This document shows positions 24,681 through 38,044 of a DNA stretch of 64,000 bases, piece by piece. Where the stretch lies: NCBI RefSeq assembly GCF_004010195.1, contig NC_057720.1, positions 29,165,732 to 29,229,731 of the forward strand, written 5' to 3'. Made by a program: the position numbers and the translations under genes. Below the pieces are notes generated by a model. It saw nothing but the letters and a program-made list of their open reading frames with translations. It was not told where the DNA came from and did no database searches. The stretch comes from Chiloscyllium plagiosum (taxonomy: Eukaryota). The first letter of the stretch is position 1, and each line of letters opens with the position of its first letter.

Positions 24681-25098
24681 ATGGCCCTTTGCCTGAAGCA
24701 AGTCTTTAATAAAGACAGGACTTTTCGACCCCGAAAGAAGTTTGAGCCTGGAACCCAACGCTTTGAGCTCTTCAAGAAGGCGCAGGCCTCACTTAAATCT
24801 GGTGTCGATCTCAAGACTGTAGTTCAGCTACCTGCAGGGGAAAACCTCAATGACTGGATTGCAGTCAACACCGTAGATTTCTTCAATCGCATTAACCTCA
24901 TCTATGGTACCATTTGTGAGTATTGCACCGAAAGGAGCTGTCCCGTCATGTCTGGTGGTCTCAAGTATGAGTACAGGTGGCAGGATGAGCACAAGTATAA
25001 GAAACCAACCAAAGTAACTGCTCCACAGTATATGAATTTGCTCATGGACTGGATTGAGGCCTTGATCAATAATGAGGAAAACTTCCCCACTCGTGTTG
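24681..25098 (+). CDS. MOB3C: MOB kinase activator 3 (MOB3C-like), first coding exon (139 codons + 1 nt)
   Basis: Translates [41 protein letters not shown]...[12 protein letters not shown]...[12 protein letters not shown]...LMDWIE...FPTRV, clearly the Mob1/phocein family. The MALCLKQVF start is characteristic of MOB3C. Ends at donor G|GTAAG (GT at 25099), phase 1. Paralog call is from recalled sequence, not a tree. Confidence 0.95.
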
Positions 25099-26250
25099 GT
25101 AAGATTTTGAGATTAAAAATAAGAATTTTTGATAGACTTTAAATGATGAGCGTTACATTCTTATTGGTCGAATCAACTAATTGCTCAGCATTGTAGTGTA
25201 TACTGTTTTAAAATCATTTTGAAGTAGAACTGCTGGTTACGAACCACCATCACACGTGGTTCTAATACTAAGGCGGTAATCTGATTTGTTGTCTTAACGT
25301 CATCAGCTCCCTCACCATTAATATTTGGTGAACCAGTATCATTCAGCGAGCATATTTACAAAGTACACTCCCAGAGTGAGTAACAACCATCACTTGGAAG
25401 ACAAAATAGACATGGCAGTACAACAAAATGAAAAAGCATTTGCTGTATGAGTAACTATTTTCAGAGCCATTGATTTGAGTTGATTAAGAGAATATAAAAC
25501 ACTGGCATCAGAAAAATAGGTTAGGTATTCAAAAATAAGCTGTAATATGAAAAAAATGCTGTATTTATTGTGCAGTCTAAGCTGATATATGGCTCTGATA
25601 TTTATAAACAAACTGAAAAGTTAGTGTTTTAGAAATGGTTGATAGGAAAATTCTTATTTTGTTCATGGTTTTGAAAGATTATGAAAATTAGGTTAGACCA
25701 GATGTTAGTAATTTCTTTTGCCAATGTGAATCCCACATGTTAAATTCCAGAATCATGAGACTTTTAAAGTTTCTGTAAAAAAGAAAAAATCTTTTAAATG
25801 GTTGAAATACAATTTTGACTAAAACTTTCCACTAGTTAATGAAATTCAATAGTCAGTTGAGAAATGAAAATAATTTGAATTGGTTAAATGGAGTTAATGA
25901 GTATTTCTATAAACAAATGGACCGCCAAATAGGTTTTAAGGGTACAGTGTATAAGATTCTAATTGGTATTCTGTTTGCTTGGTGTACCCTTTGGTATACA
26001 TTTTGCCCAGGTTGACATTGCATCTTCTGGTTCAGAGAATTGATTGGCATCTTGCCTCCTGGCATTGTGTGTGTATGTGTGTTATTACAAACGTGAAGCA
26101 ACCAATACTTCAAATAATCACACATCATGTTTTCCCCTTTCCACAGAATGCTTGTCTTTTTTTCAGATCATCTATCAATTTAAAATATGTGAATGAGGGG
26201 ATTCAATGATTGCATCCTATCAACCTTTTGCATAGTGGATTGACATTGTA

Positions 26251-26588
26251 TTAGATTAGATTAGATTACATTAGATTAGATTAGATTACATTACAGTGTG
26301 GAAACAGGCCCTTCGGCCCAACAAGTCCACACCGACCCGCCGAAGCGCAACCCACCCATACCCCTACATTTACCCCTTACCTAACACTATGGGCAATTTA
26401 GCATGGCCAATTCACCTGACCTGCACATCTTTGGACTGTGGGAGGAAACCGGAGCACCCGGAGGAAACCCACGCAGACACGGGGAGAACGTGCAAACTCC
26501 ACACAGTCAGTCGCCTGAGGCGGGAATTGAACCCAGGTCTCTGGCGCTGTGAGGCAGCAGTGCTAACCACTGTGCCACCGTGCCGCCC
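26251..26588 (-). mobile_element. Full-length, young-looking HE1 (tRNA-derived V-SINE)
   Basis: Reverse strand GGGCGGCACGGTGGCACAGTGGTTAGCACTGCTGCCTCACAGCGCC...GGTTCAATTCC, intact CpGs, (TAATC)n tail. Confidence 0.95.
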
Positions 26589-27554
26589 TGGCAGCAAGTT
26601 ATTAATTCTTTCATTATTTGCATACTTGGTGAACCTGCCCTAAAAACAAAATTGTCTTCGGATAACTCCATAATTGTGAACTCACCCTGAGAATGAATCT
26701 AATTTGTTTTTGTATGCTTTCTGGAATTATCCTTTTAAGTAATGGAATTCCACTAATGGGGGCTGACAGAAACCACTTCAACTGCCCAATTCTATTAATG
26801 CAAAGGATGTTGAAGATTTGCACTGTTAAATAGATTTATAAAGCAATGCAAACTGAATGTTAAATATTTTGTCTCAGATCTTGGAGAAAAAGTGTTGGTG
26901 GGACAGAAAATGATATCTAATTTTGTAGCCAGTGCTTCTTTTTGATTTCAAAGAGAATCAAATTAAAGCTAATATTTGAACACAACTGGAATTATGCAAC
27001 TTATCTCAGGTAATTTAAATGAATTAGGTGTCCAAAATTAAACATGTTCCATCAAAGGTGCAGTTGCATGGCCTTTTATTCTGGTTTTCACATGTTGCTA
27101 TTTTAGGGGTGGAGTATTTATGAAGATTATGCAGGGATTCTATCTCTTGTGACAGTCTTAATTCTCAGACCACTGAGAAATGGTCAACCAAGAGATTATA
27201 CTTTGAATGGAGAAGAAGCTTTCACACTGTATAATCACCTGTTTTCCATTGTTTTTATGTACTAGTCCTCTTCAGAGACTATTCAAAAGATTATCACTAT
27301 TACTACTACTACCAGTTTATCCTGCCTTTTGCGGTACCTAATCATTATTCCACCACTATTTACTGCCATGGAAACTGGCCTCTGTGAACTTTAATCACTG
27401 GCACCCAAAGTACACATTATGGTTGCTTTTTCTTCACTGACAAGTTAATACTTGGGTGCTTTTTTAAAGGTATAATTTGAGTAAAATAAGACTACGCAAT
27501 CAGTCCGTAAAACTGATACCTGTGTTCCAGAGAATTTTTTTTTTTACGACAAGG

Positions 27555-27960
27555 CTTTATTCTCTGGAGTGTTGGAGGCTAAGAGGTGACCTTTCAGAGG
27601 TTTATAAAATCATGAGGGGCGTGGATAGGGTGAATGGTCCAGGCCTTTTCCCTCGGCTGGGGGAATCCAATACTACAAGGCATAGGTTTAAGGTGAGAGG
27701 GGAAAGATTTAAACAAGGACCTGAAGGATAACCTTTTCATGCAGAAGGTGGTCTGTGTATGGAAAATTCTGCCAGAGGAAATGGAGGCTTGGACAATTAC
27801 AGCATTTAAAAGACATCTGAATGAGGCTATGAAACAGAAGGGTTTAGAGAGATTTGAGCTAAATGCTGGTAAATGAGACTGTCAGATTAGGATTTCTGGT
27901 CAGTGTGGACAAGTTGTATTGAACAGCTTGTTTACATGCTGTATGGCTCTATGACTCCAT
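27555..27960 (+). mobile_element. CR1/HER1 3' fragment
   Basis: LYSLECWRLRGDLSEVYKIMRG...HRFKVRGERF and the 3' UTR. Confidence 0.85.
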
Positions 27961-29007
27961 AATGTATCTACTTTACATGAATATTGAAGCAAGATTGATT
28001 GACTTATAGACATTATAATTATTTCCCATATATCTAATACTAGAAACTTATGGTTCCTATTCAATTCATAATATTGAATATTTACCATCTTTTACCATTT
28101 TCAAATGAAATGTAATGTTAATAGGTAATGCCAATACAAATTTATGAAAGGAAAATGATAATTGACAAATACATTAAAGTGTATTCAGGCTGCAACTCAC
28201 GAGTAAATAATGGGGAATTAGTGGATAATTGAGTTTTCAGAATTGGGAGAATTGGTCAAGGACAACAATAGATTGTTACATAAGAAAAGGATTCATGGCA
28301 TGGAAGTAGTACATTTTATCATGAATTGAGGATTGGTTCCTGACATAAAGCAGATGTAAAATGTTAGACAACTTTTTTGTTTTCAAGATAGTAAGGTGTA
28401 ATTAATGGAGTGCCACAAGGAACATCTTTTGGGCCTTTATGATGTATATTGACTGTGATATATTCAAGTTTATTGATAGTGAAAAGCTAATTAGGAAAGG
28501 ACGATCTAAAGTTACTTCAAAAGCATGATGGTAAGATAACAAGAAGTATAATGTGGCAAGTGTGAAATTATCCACTTTGTAAGAAGAATGGAAAGCAGAT
28601 GTTTTTTAAAGGTGAAACTAATAAGTATTGGGACCCAAGGATTTGACTGTCCTTGCATAAGAATCACAAGGTTAACATGCAAATAATGTGCACTTAGGAA
28701 GGCAAATGGTATACATGTTTTCATGTCAAGAAAGCACACTCTCTAAGCAAGTCTTGATAAGACCACACTTGGAATATTGTGTATATTTTTTGGTTTGTGA
28801 GATGAAAACTGTCCTATGAAAAGAGATTGACTGGACTGTGTGCTTAAATTGGTGAGAGGTTTCAAAAAAAATAATGTGATCTCTTTGAACCATAGACAAT
28901 TCTAAAAGGCTTGTCAAGATAGTAGGTGGGAGGCTGTTTGGCCTGACTTGGTCATAGAATTGGCCATTTAGCACTACTGAGGTGAAATTTCTTCATTCAA
29001 AGGCTTG

Positions 29008-29587
29008 AGTTATGGACCAGACTAGAGACCCCTTCAAAATAATTTAAAAGGTAGCCTAAACCCTAACTTTTATTTTAAAGGCAAATGCAAAGTGTCTGTT
29101 CCAGATGCAGTGTGACTGGTCAAACTACACAATGTTAAACAAAACACGATTTAGTTAAACACTGTAGTTAAAATACAGCCAAAGAAAGGGGAATTTAGAA
29201 TAACTAATGAGAAACTTGACAGCATAATTGATACAATAACGTTTACTAAGTAACTGTTCCGATATAGTAACATCTCATAAACACACCCCTTGGCAAGTAA
29301 AGAAAATTCAAACACAGATTCTCACATGCAGTTCTCCAATCCAGGAGGGGAAAAAAACATAGAGAAAATTCAGAAAGACTAGCAGCTTGAAGCTTCCAAG
29401 TCCATTGAGATTCCAATAGCTTCTAATGCCACCCAGAAATTCAGTGAGAGCTGGCCACACCTATTTGAGCTATATTTTTTAAAAAATCCCAAAGGCCTTC
29501 CAAGATGTTTACTCAAGTAGTCTTCAGTAACCAACTCTTTGCCTCTCATTCAATCTGTCTTCTAAAGCAAATGGGGACAAAATAACA
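29008..29587. mobile_element. Solo LTR inserted in an old CR1
   Basis: Flanked by CTTG (29004-29007 and 29588-29591), ends ...AACA, and the CR1 text is continuous across the site. Resembles the reverse complement of 47649-48263. Confidence 0.7.
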
Positions 29588-30089
29588 CTTGTGCATGTTT
29601 ATAATTCTGTACTCCAGTAGATTGAGGACATTTAGTTGATGACAATATTCAAGATTGTGATCAACGCACTTTAGGGATCTAAGGAATTGGTGGCTTTAGG
29701 AATAGAATGGGAAAGTAGTTGATTGAAAAGTTATGCCATGATGCTACTGACCGTGGAGCAGATTTAATGGGTCATGCAGCCTACTCCTGGTCTTGTATCT
29801 TGTGTCTTTTCTGAGGATGAATGCACTAACCTTCCCAACTCTGCCATTCTGCCTGTATCTGACTGTATCCAGTCGATCCAGAATGCTGCTGCTGATAATG
29901 GGATGATGCTGTCTGCAGCTGTGTCAATGAGGAACAGAGTTGCTTCAGCTGAGTTGTATTCTTTTTTGCCGAACTGTACCCTCCACCTAACATACTGCAA
30001 ACACTGGTGTAGCACTGCTTTCAGTATTGGGAGAAGACAGGCATAAGGGATTCACAAGTGAATAATGGCATTTATATGTAATTAAAAAT

Positions 30090-30660
30090 TGCAGAGAGAT
30101 CTGGGTATCCTAGTGCATGAATTGCTGAAGTTTAGTATGCAGGTACAGCAAATAATCAGAAAGCTAATAAATGTTACTTTACTGTGAGGGGAATTGAATG
30201 CAAGAGTAAGGATGTTATGCTTCAGTTATACAGGCATTGAGACCATTTCTGGAGTACTGTGTACAGTACTGATCAGTGTATTTACAGAAAGAGTTAATGA
30301 GTTGGAAGCAGTGCAGAGAAGGTTTACAAGACTAATACCTGGAATGAGGAAACGCTAAACAGGCTAGGCCTATATCATCTGGAGTTTAGCACAGTCAGAG
30401 ATGACTTAATCGAAATATGCAAGATCCTGAGGGGACCTGACTTGGGTGGATGTCGAAAATATATTTCTTTTTGTGGGAGAATTAAGAACTAGGGGTCATA
30501 GTTTAAAAACATGAGTTTAAAAGTTAATATGCAGAAACTTTAAATATTATAGACTTTTAATTACCAAGGGAATGGAAGATTATTGGGAATGTAAAGTTAT
30601 GATTAAAATCAGATCAGCCATGATCTCACTGAGTGGTAGAGCAGGCTCGAAGGGTTTGTT
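30090..30660 (+). mobile_element. Old CR1 3' fragment
   Basis: GATCTGGGTATCCTAGTGCAT...CTGGAGTACTGTGTACAG...GATCAGCCATGATC. Confidence 0.8.
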
Positions 30661-31446
30661 AGTAAAATATGGCATGGTTTCATTTCCAAATTTGTTTTGG
30701 AATGTTTATTTTGTTGTGGCTTTTATTTTTGCCTTGGTGTCAATTATGTGATGGTCAGTGGGAGAGAAGGGATATGGGGTTTTGGTGAACTGTGAATTGG
30801 ATTTGTGGTTACACAAAGTGAGAAGAAGTAGGAAGAGGCTGTATAGATCACTGCTTTTCATCCCCATTGTCCTTTTCCTTTCCATTTTTGAGCAGCTTGT
30901 CCTGTCCAGGTTGCTTTTGTTCATTCTTCAAGTCAAACTGTATTCGAAATGGAGGCCACAATAGTGTACTCGTGGCTGGCAGCAACTCATCAGTGGAGAA
31001 GGAATAAAACCTAAGAGGCAATTGAGTACTTTCTTTGGTTAGAGTGTCAAAGTATTAGGACCTCTCAATGACTCTGTTGTGATCTTCAGGAACAGGTTGG
31101 CTCACATTGAGGTAGATACCGCTGCTGATCTTTGCATCTGTTGAATGCCTAACTTGGCTGTGTGAATGACCTTCGTCCTGTCTTAGGAAAGATGATTCTG
31201 AGTCTATTCCAATGTACCTGTTCAGGGAAGATGGGATCACAGGAATTTCTGAAGTGTTGTTCTTAGTTCAGGAAGCTCAGATTTTCAGGAGTACGACTGA
31301 CATGTTTTTGGGTGTGGTGACAGAAAAATAAATGGTTAATTAAGCAATGGTTCAATTTATAGTTGATAAACTAATGAGGTTGCTTCATATAAAAAGGCAC
31401 TGCAAGTAATTCATGCTAGTGGTTCTGTGAGTTTAATGTAAAACTA

Positions 31447-31648
31447 CAGTAGACCCTGTACCTGCTGGGAATACGTTCCAAGACCTACCGCGCAAGCCCG
31501 AAATTGCGGATAAGAGCAAACCCATTCATTTAAAGGGAAATTTACCTTCTCAGCAGGGCCTGGTCCCTGGTTCTGGAAGGTTCCCTATAATATGTTTGGG
31601 CCGTGGTAAACTGCGGAAAATGATTCCATGGATACGGGGGTCACCCTT
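31447..31648. mobile_element. Tigger/pogo-type MITE
   Basis: TA|CAGTAGACCCTGTACC...ATACGTTCCAAGACC...GGATACGGGGGTCACC..|TA: imperfect TIRs with TA flanks. Confidence 0.7.
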
Positions 31649-31706
31649 TATAAGAAATGTTTGTTACAAATGGAGACTTCACACTTATTGATTAAAGTGT
31701 TCACTT

Positions 31707-31935
31707 AAGTTTAGATTAGAGTGGTGCTGGAAAAGCACAGCAGGTCAGGCAGCATCCAAGGAGCAGGAAAATTGATGTTTTTCAGGCAAAAGCCCTTCAG
31801 AAATTCCTGATTAAGGGCTTTTGCCCGAAACGTCGATTTTCCTGCTCCTCAGATGCTGCCTGACCTGCTGTGCTTTTCCAGCACCACTCTAATCTAGACT
31901 CTGATTTCCAGCATCTTCAGTCCTCACTTTTGCCT
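31707..31935. mobile_element. Penelope inverted terminal-repeat element with 9-bp TSD
   Basis: ~90-bp inverted arms (31708-31800 / 31806-31900); TGTTCACTT at 31698-31706 and 31936-31944; hammerhead-like core with CTGATTA (G8 mutated). Confidence 0.85.
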
Positions 31936-31997
31936 TGTTCACTTGTTACCCATCAATTTACTGATTTTTAAATGATTTGGTAATTAGAACTCAAACT

Positions 31998-32740
31998 TTA
32001 TAAACGACCTGGATGAGGGCATAGAAGAGTGGGTTAGTAAATTTGCAGACGACAGGACGTTGTGGATAGTGACAAAGGATGTTGCAGGTTACAGAGAGAC
32101 ATAGATAAGTTGCAGAGCTGGGCTGAGAGGTGGCAAATGGAGTTTAATGCGGACAAGTGTGAGGTGATTCACTTTGGTCGGAGTAACCGGAATGCAAGGT
32201 ACTGGGCTAATGGTAAGATTCTTGTAAGTGTAGGTGAGCAGAGAGATCTCGGTGTCCAGGTACACAGATCCTTGAAAGTTGCCACCCAGGTTGACCGGGT
32301 TGTTAAGAAGGCATACAGTGTTTTAGCTTTTATTAATAGAGGGATCAAGTTCTGAAACCATGAGGTTATGCTACAGCTGTACAAAACTCTAATGCGGCTG
32401 CACTTGGAGTATTGTGTACAGTTCTGGTCACCGCATTATAAGAAGGATGTAGAAGCTTTGGAAAGGGTGCAGAGGAGATTTACTAGGATGTTGCCTGGTA
32501 TGGAGTGAAGGTCTTACGAGGAAAGGCTGAGGGACTCAGAGAGTAGTAAAGGTATGGAATGCTTTGCCTACAACGGTAGTAGTTTCACCAACTTTATGTA
32601 CATTTAAGCCGTCATTGGACAAGCATATGGACGTACATGGAATAGTGTAGGTTAGATGGGCTTCAGGTTGGTATGACAGTTTGGCACAACATCGAGGGCC
32701 GAAGGGCCTGTACTGCGCTGTTATGTTCTATGTTCTATGT
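31998..32740 (+). mobile_element. CR1 LINE 3' part, internally deleted
   Basis: INDLDEG...SKFADD; ORF 32062-32355 LQRDIDKLQSWAERWQMEFNADKCEVIHFG; (TTCTATG)n tail. Confidence 0.92.
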
Positions 32741-33574
32741 TTGGATTTGAATACAGACCATAGTGACAAGTGGTGGAAGGTTCCCCTCTGTGCAAAAAAT
32801 CTCACTGCTTAACCAAGGAGTAATTTAATCTGATCTGTCTCTCTGAGGTATCTGATGTGATCACATTTACAGATTTACATTTTAAAAAGGAAATGTATCT
32901 TGTTTTATAACATTGAATCCAAAACGTCAGTTTGATGGACATCTTTTTGTGGTACAGTATGGGTCCTCTAATCAGTGTTTAGTGATCCTACCTCCAAGGC
33001 AGAATGCCTGACTTTAAGTCCACAGAGGTATGTTCATAAAGTAGCCAGACGGGTTGAGATTCAATACGTAAATCCATCCAGTACTGATCAATGTAATTAC
33101 AGAAGGATGTTAATGAGTTAGAAGCAGTTGGTAAGAGCAGGTCGGTCTCCTGATCAGCCATGCTTGATGTAGAATGATGGCCCTCAAGCTATCAAGCTAT
33201 CGTCTGGCAGGCTGAATGTCTGTTTTAAGAAAAGCTAGCTGTGAAAACACATGCCTTGTCGGTTTCATGTCACTGGGCATGGGAAGAGAAATAGAGGAGA
33301 ATTCCAGCATCCATTCTGCTGTTAATGTGATCCTTCTGGTGCATAGCTGGTACTGAGTGAACAGTCGACTGTGAGAACAGATGGAAATACTCCAGGGGGC
33401 ATTTTCTTTCAGGGTAATACTACTGAAAACTTTCAAGCATTCGATGATATGCACCATTATGATTTGGTCCTGTTGAGTAAGACACAGTAGTGATCATTAA
33501 GGGAAGGACAACAACTGCTTATTATAATGACATGCAGTATTTTTAAAACTTAGGATCTGTTTCTGTGTTGTATG

Positions 33575-34040
33575 ATTCTTCGATCCAACTCCTCCACGCC
33601 AACCAGGTAACCCAATCCGACTTAGTCTCGTTTGCCAGAATTTGGCATATCTCTCTCTCAACCCTTTCTACTCATGTACTCATCCACTTCCTTTTATATG
33701 TTTTAATTGTACCCATCTCCTCCACTTCCTCTGGCAGCTTGTTCTGTGGACGCCCCACCCTCTGTGTGAAAAAGTTACTCCTCAGATCCTTTTTAAATCT
33801 TTCCCCTTTGACCTTATACCTATCCCGTTCCCCACCCTAGAAAAAAAACCTGGGCCATTCATCCTATCCATGCCCCTCATGATTTTATGAATTTCCACAA
33901 GGTTACCCCTCAGCCTCTGACACTATAGGAAAATGAAGTCTCAGCCTATTCAGCCTCTCCCATTAACTCAAACCCTCTGCTCTAAGCACCATCTTTGTAA
34001 ATCTTTTTTGTAGCCTCTAAAGTTTAACAACATCCTTTCT
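33575..34040 (-). mobile_element. CR1/HER1 3' fragment
   Basis: Reverse HER1 3' UTR and ORF2 end. Confidence 0.8.
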
Positions 34041-34467
34041 TTGTTTCAAAATAAATTACGTCAATGTACACTGATATTTAGCAAACACAAGATTTCTTCA
34101 ATGAAATCAATGCACCTGAGATAACATGAATAGTAAAGCTAATAAACATTAATTTGGAGTGAAATATCAAAGAACTAATTCCCTCAATTAGAAATGCCTA
34201 CAATTACAATGTGGAGTACAGCAAATTGGGGCTTCAACAGACTTTGGGATAGAAATTTATCTGGGCCTGTTTCATTCCCAGATTTGGCAATGTGTGTAGT
34301 ATATGAATGAGTCAACAGGGCACAGCATAAATGGAAATAGCTTCTCAGGTATGAGCAACATATTTAGATCAAGCTGTTTGCATCTCCACAAGTAAATTGC
34401 TTAAGACTGACATCAATGTTGAGACTAGTATTCCTTGATATTCCTGAGAAAGTCTGGGTATAAAATG

Positions 34468-34805
34468 GCAGAAGTGGGTACTGCAGATGCTAGAGATTAG
34501 AGTCAAGATTAGAGTGGTGCTGGAAAAGTCTCTCACCGTCCTCATCACCTGTCCCACCTGTCAATCTTCCTTTCCACCTATATGCTCCACCCTCTTCTCT
34601 GACCTATTATCTTTACCCGCACCTCCATCCACCTTTGCACTCTCAGCTACCTTCTCCCCAGCCCCACCCCCTCCCATTTATTTCTCCACCCCTGAGGTGC
34701 ACTGCCTCATTCCTGAGAAAGGGCTTTTGCCCGAAATGTCGATTTTCCTGCTCCTAAGATGCTGCCTAACCTGCTGTTCTTTTCCAGCACAACTCCAATC
34801 TTGGA
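34468..34805 (+). mobile_element. Penelope terminal-repeat remnant with partial inversion
   Basis: CAAGATTAGAGTGGTGCTGGAAA / TTTCCAGCACAACTCCAATCTTG inverted ends; ATTCCTGAGAAAGGGCTTTTGCCCGAAATGTC degenerate hammerhead. Confidence 0.8.
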
Positions 34806-35979
34806 TATAAGATGGGTCAACACTTATGCATGTAGAATCACGTGAACACTTCTGTTCCAGTTGGTGATTCTCTGATTTGGTCCTAGATTCAATAGAACAC
34901 ATTCTGAACTGTGCTGATGGAATATTTGAAAATGGATGAAATATTTGATTAATCTATTAAGTCCAATATCAACTTGACTTTCGTTAAAATAACAATTGTA
35001 AAGTGTAAAGCATTTAAAATTAATTAAAAGTTGTCATTTAATGCACAAATTCAAATCTTTCTGGAAGTATATTTAGATGTAGATATTTAGACTTGACTTG
35101 GCTATTTCTCTAAAGTCCAACTTTTTTTTAAAGAATTCTTGTTATTTAATTTCAGTGAAAACATTCAAAAAAAGTGAATGCACTAACTAGGGAACAACAC
35201 CAGCCTGAAATGTCCTTGGGCAACTTTTATTCCAGAATTGTGACTTTGCTACTTTTTGTTTTGCATTATTATGTAATTACTTTCTAATTAGTACATCTGG
35301 TTAACTGACTTCTGAATGCACCACAGGAGATGAGAGGATCATTTCCTGACTGTGTTAAGGTGCTAATCTGTGATTATCATGGTCACTGTCTGAGTAAGAG
35401 GTCAGTGAGAGCCAAACACTAACTGCTCAAAGGAAGGCACATTTCTGTGTGAAATGAGGCAGTAGCATTAAGATTATATAATTATTTGTGGTAAAATTTT
35501 CTAATTATCGACTTGTATAAAATCAAATCCATTTATATACTGAGTTTTGTTTTATGATAAAGTAGTTATGAAATCTAAATATATTTTAAACAGTGGGTGT
35601 TTTACATTCTTTAATATTTCAGATAAGATGTCGAGCTTAGGGTATAATGTTCAAGCTTATATGTTGTTTTTGAGTGAAATTTGGCAATTTGAAGTAATTG
35701 TGTGTAATTTGTCAGTGGAGTGCCATTGATCACTATCCATTACAAGTGTCCAACTCTATTTGGTCAGTGGAGAAAATTATTTTCTTCTTTTGATGTTTAG
35801 TTCACAGGGTAAATCCCTCCTCAGCTTTGTTGATTATAAAAATTACATCTCGGGTATATATTTTAAAAAAGACTTCAATTTAACCAAATATCTATAATGA
35901 AAGAGCAGAAATTCCTCATTTTAGATTTCTCAAGCAATCCTTTCCCTCAAAAGGGCATTGCATCGATTCTTTCTATTTA

Positions 35980-37797
35980 GAGTCACAGAGTCATAGAGAT
36001 GTACAGCATGGACACAGACCCTTCGGTCCAACCCATCCATGCCGATCAGATATCCCAATCTAGTCCCACTTGTCAGCACACGGCCCAAATCCCTCCAAAC
36101 CCTTCCTATTCAGATACCCATCCAAATGCCTTTTCAATGTTGCAATTGTACCAGCTTCACCACTTCCTGTGGCAGCTCATTCCATACACATATCACCCTC
36201 TGTGTGAAAAACTTGCCCCTTGGTCTCTTTTATATCTTTCCCCTCTCACCCTAAACCTATGCCCTCTAGTTCTGGACTCCCTGACCCCAGGGAAAAGACT
36301 TTGCCTATTTACCCTATCCATGCCCCTCATAATTTTGTAAACCTCTATAAGGTCACCCCTCAGCCTCCGATGCTCCAGGGAAAACAGCCCCAGCCTGACC
36401 AGTCTCTCCCTATAGCTCAAATCCTCCAACCCTGGCAACATCCTTGTCAATCTTTTCTGAACCCTTTCAAGTTTCACAATATCTTTCCGAAAGGAAGGAG
36501 ACCAGAATTGCACGCAATATTCCAAAAGTGGCCTAACCAATGTTCTGTACAGCCACAACATGACCTCCCAACTCCTGTACGCAATACTCTGACTAATAAA
36601 GGAAAGCATACCAAACGCCTTCTTAACTATCCTATCTACCTGTGACTCCACTTTCAAGGAGCTATGAACCTGCACTCCAAGGTCTCTTTGTTCAGCAACA
36701 CTCCCTAGGACCCTACCATTAAGTGTATAAGTCATGCTAAGATTTGCTTTCCCAAAATGCAGCACCTTGCATTTATCTGAATTAAACTTCATCTGCCACT
36801 TCTCAGCCCATTGGCCCATCTGGTCCAGATCCTGTTGTAATCTGAGCTAACCCTCTTCACTGTCCACTACACCTCCAATTTTGGTGTCATCAGCAAATGT
36901 ACTACCTGTACCTATTATGCTCGCTTCCAAATCATTTATGTAAATGGCAAAAGTAGAGGACCCAGCACCGATCCTTGTGGCACTCCACTGGTCACAGGCC
37001 TCCAGTCTGAAAAGCAAGCCTCCACCACCACCCTCTGTCTTGTACCATTGAGCCAGTTCTGTATCCAAGTGGCTAGTTCTCCCTGTATTCTGTGAGATCT
37101 AACCTTGCTAATCAGTCTCCCATGGGGAACCTTACTGAAGTCCATATAGATCACAGGTTCAATTCCTGCCTCAGGCGACTGACTGTGTGGAGTTTGCACG
37201 TTCTCCCCGTGTCTGCGTGGGTTTCCTCCGGGTGCTCCGGTTTCCTCCCACATCACAAAGATGTGCAGGGTCAGGTGAATTGGCCATACTAAATTGCCCG
37301 TAGTAATCTAATCTAATCTAATCTAATCTAATCTAACATCTACTGCTCTGCCCTCCTCAATCCTCTTTGTTTCTTCCTCAAAAAACTCAATCAAGTTTGT
37401 GAGACATGATAGCCATGTTGACTATCCCTAATCAGTCCTTGCTTTTCCAAATACGTGTACATCCTGTCCCTCAGGATTCCCTCCAACAACTTGCCCACCA
37501 CCGACGTCAGACTCATTGGTCTATAGTTTCCTGGCTTGTCCTTACCACCCTTCTTAAACAGTGGCACCACGTTAGCCAACCTCCAGTCTTCCGGCACCTC
37601 ACTTGTGACTATCAATGATACAGATATCTCAGCAAGAGGCCCAGCAATCACTTCTCTAGCTTCCCACAGAGTTCTAGAGTACACTCGGTCAGGTCCTGGG
37701 GATTTACCCACCTTTACCCTTTTCAAGACATCCAGCACTTCCTCCTCTGTAATATGGACATTTTGCAAGATGTCACCATCTATTTCCCTACAGTCTA
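35980..37797 (-). mobile_element. Long CR1/HER1 ORF2 fragment (RT) with nested HE1
   Basis: ORFs 37391-37768 (KSPGPD...WRLANVVPLFKKG...NYRP), 36936-37256 (SGVPQGSVLGP), 36847-37068 (FADDTKI), 36193-36819. Confidence 0.95.
37155..37335 (+). mobile_element. HE1 SINE fragment nested in CR1
   Basis: GGTTCAATTCCTGCCTCAGGCGACTG...(TAATC)n; the CR1 text resumes on both sides. Confidence 0.9.
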
Positions 37798-38044
37798 TGC
37801 AGTTTAATAAGCAATAGGACTGTGAAGCAGTAAAAAGAAAACTTATTTGATAAAATTACTATACCTGCTCTCATGAAATTTGTTTTATGGCTGGCATTAT
37901 TAGTATTCAAAGAATAGCTTAGCATAAACACCTGTTTTCCTATTTCTGTGAAAGCAACATTAAAAATAAGTAGATTTATTCAGGAAAATATGCATTTGTA
38001 AGGCATTGACGTCAGCTTTTAAGCTACAGGGACAGAGGTAAATA

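Noticed and set aside
25099..25142. C-terminal extension of ORF 24681-25142 ([13 protein letters not shown])
   Set aside because: Read-through into the intron past the GTAAG donor; MOB homology resumes at 55523.
26251..26295. (TTAGA)n arrays here and at 37303-37335 as CRISPR- or telomere-like repeats
   Set aside because: These are HE1 SINE tails: no spacers, and not TTAGGG.
29764..30046. Overlapping 83/90-aa ORFs in non-CR1 sequence
   Set aside because: No recognisable domain or splice signals; length compatible with chance.
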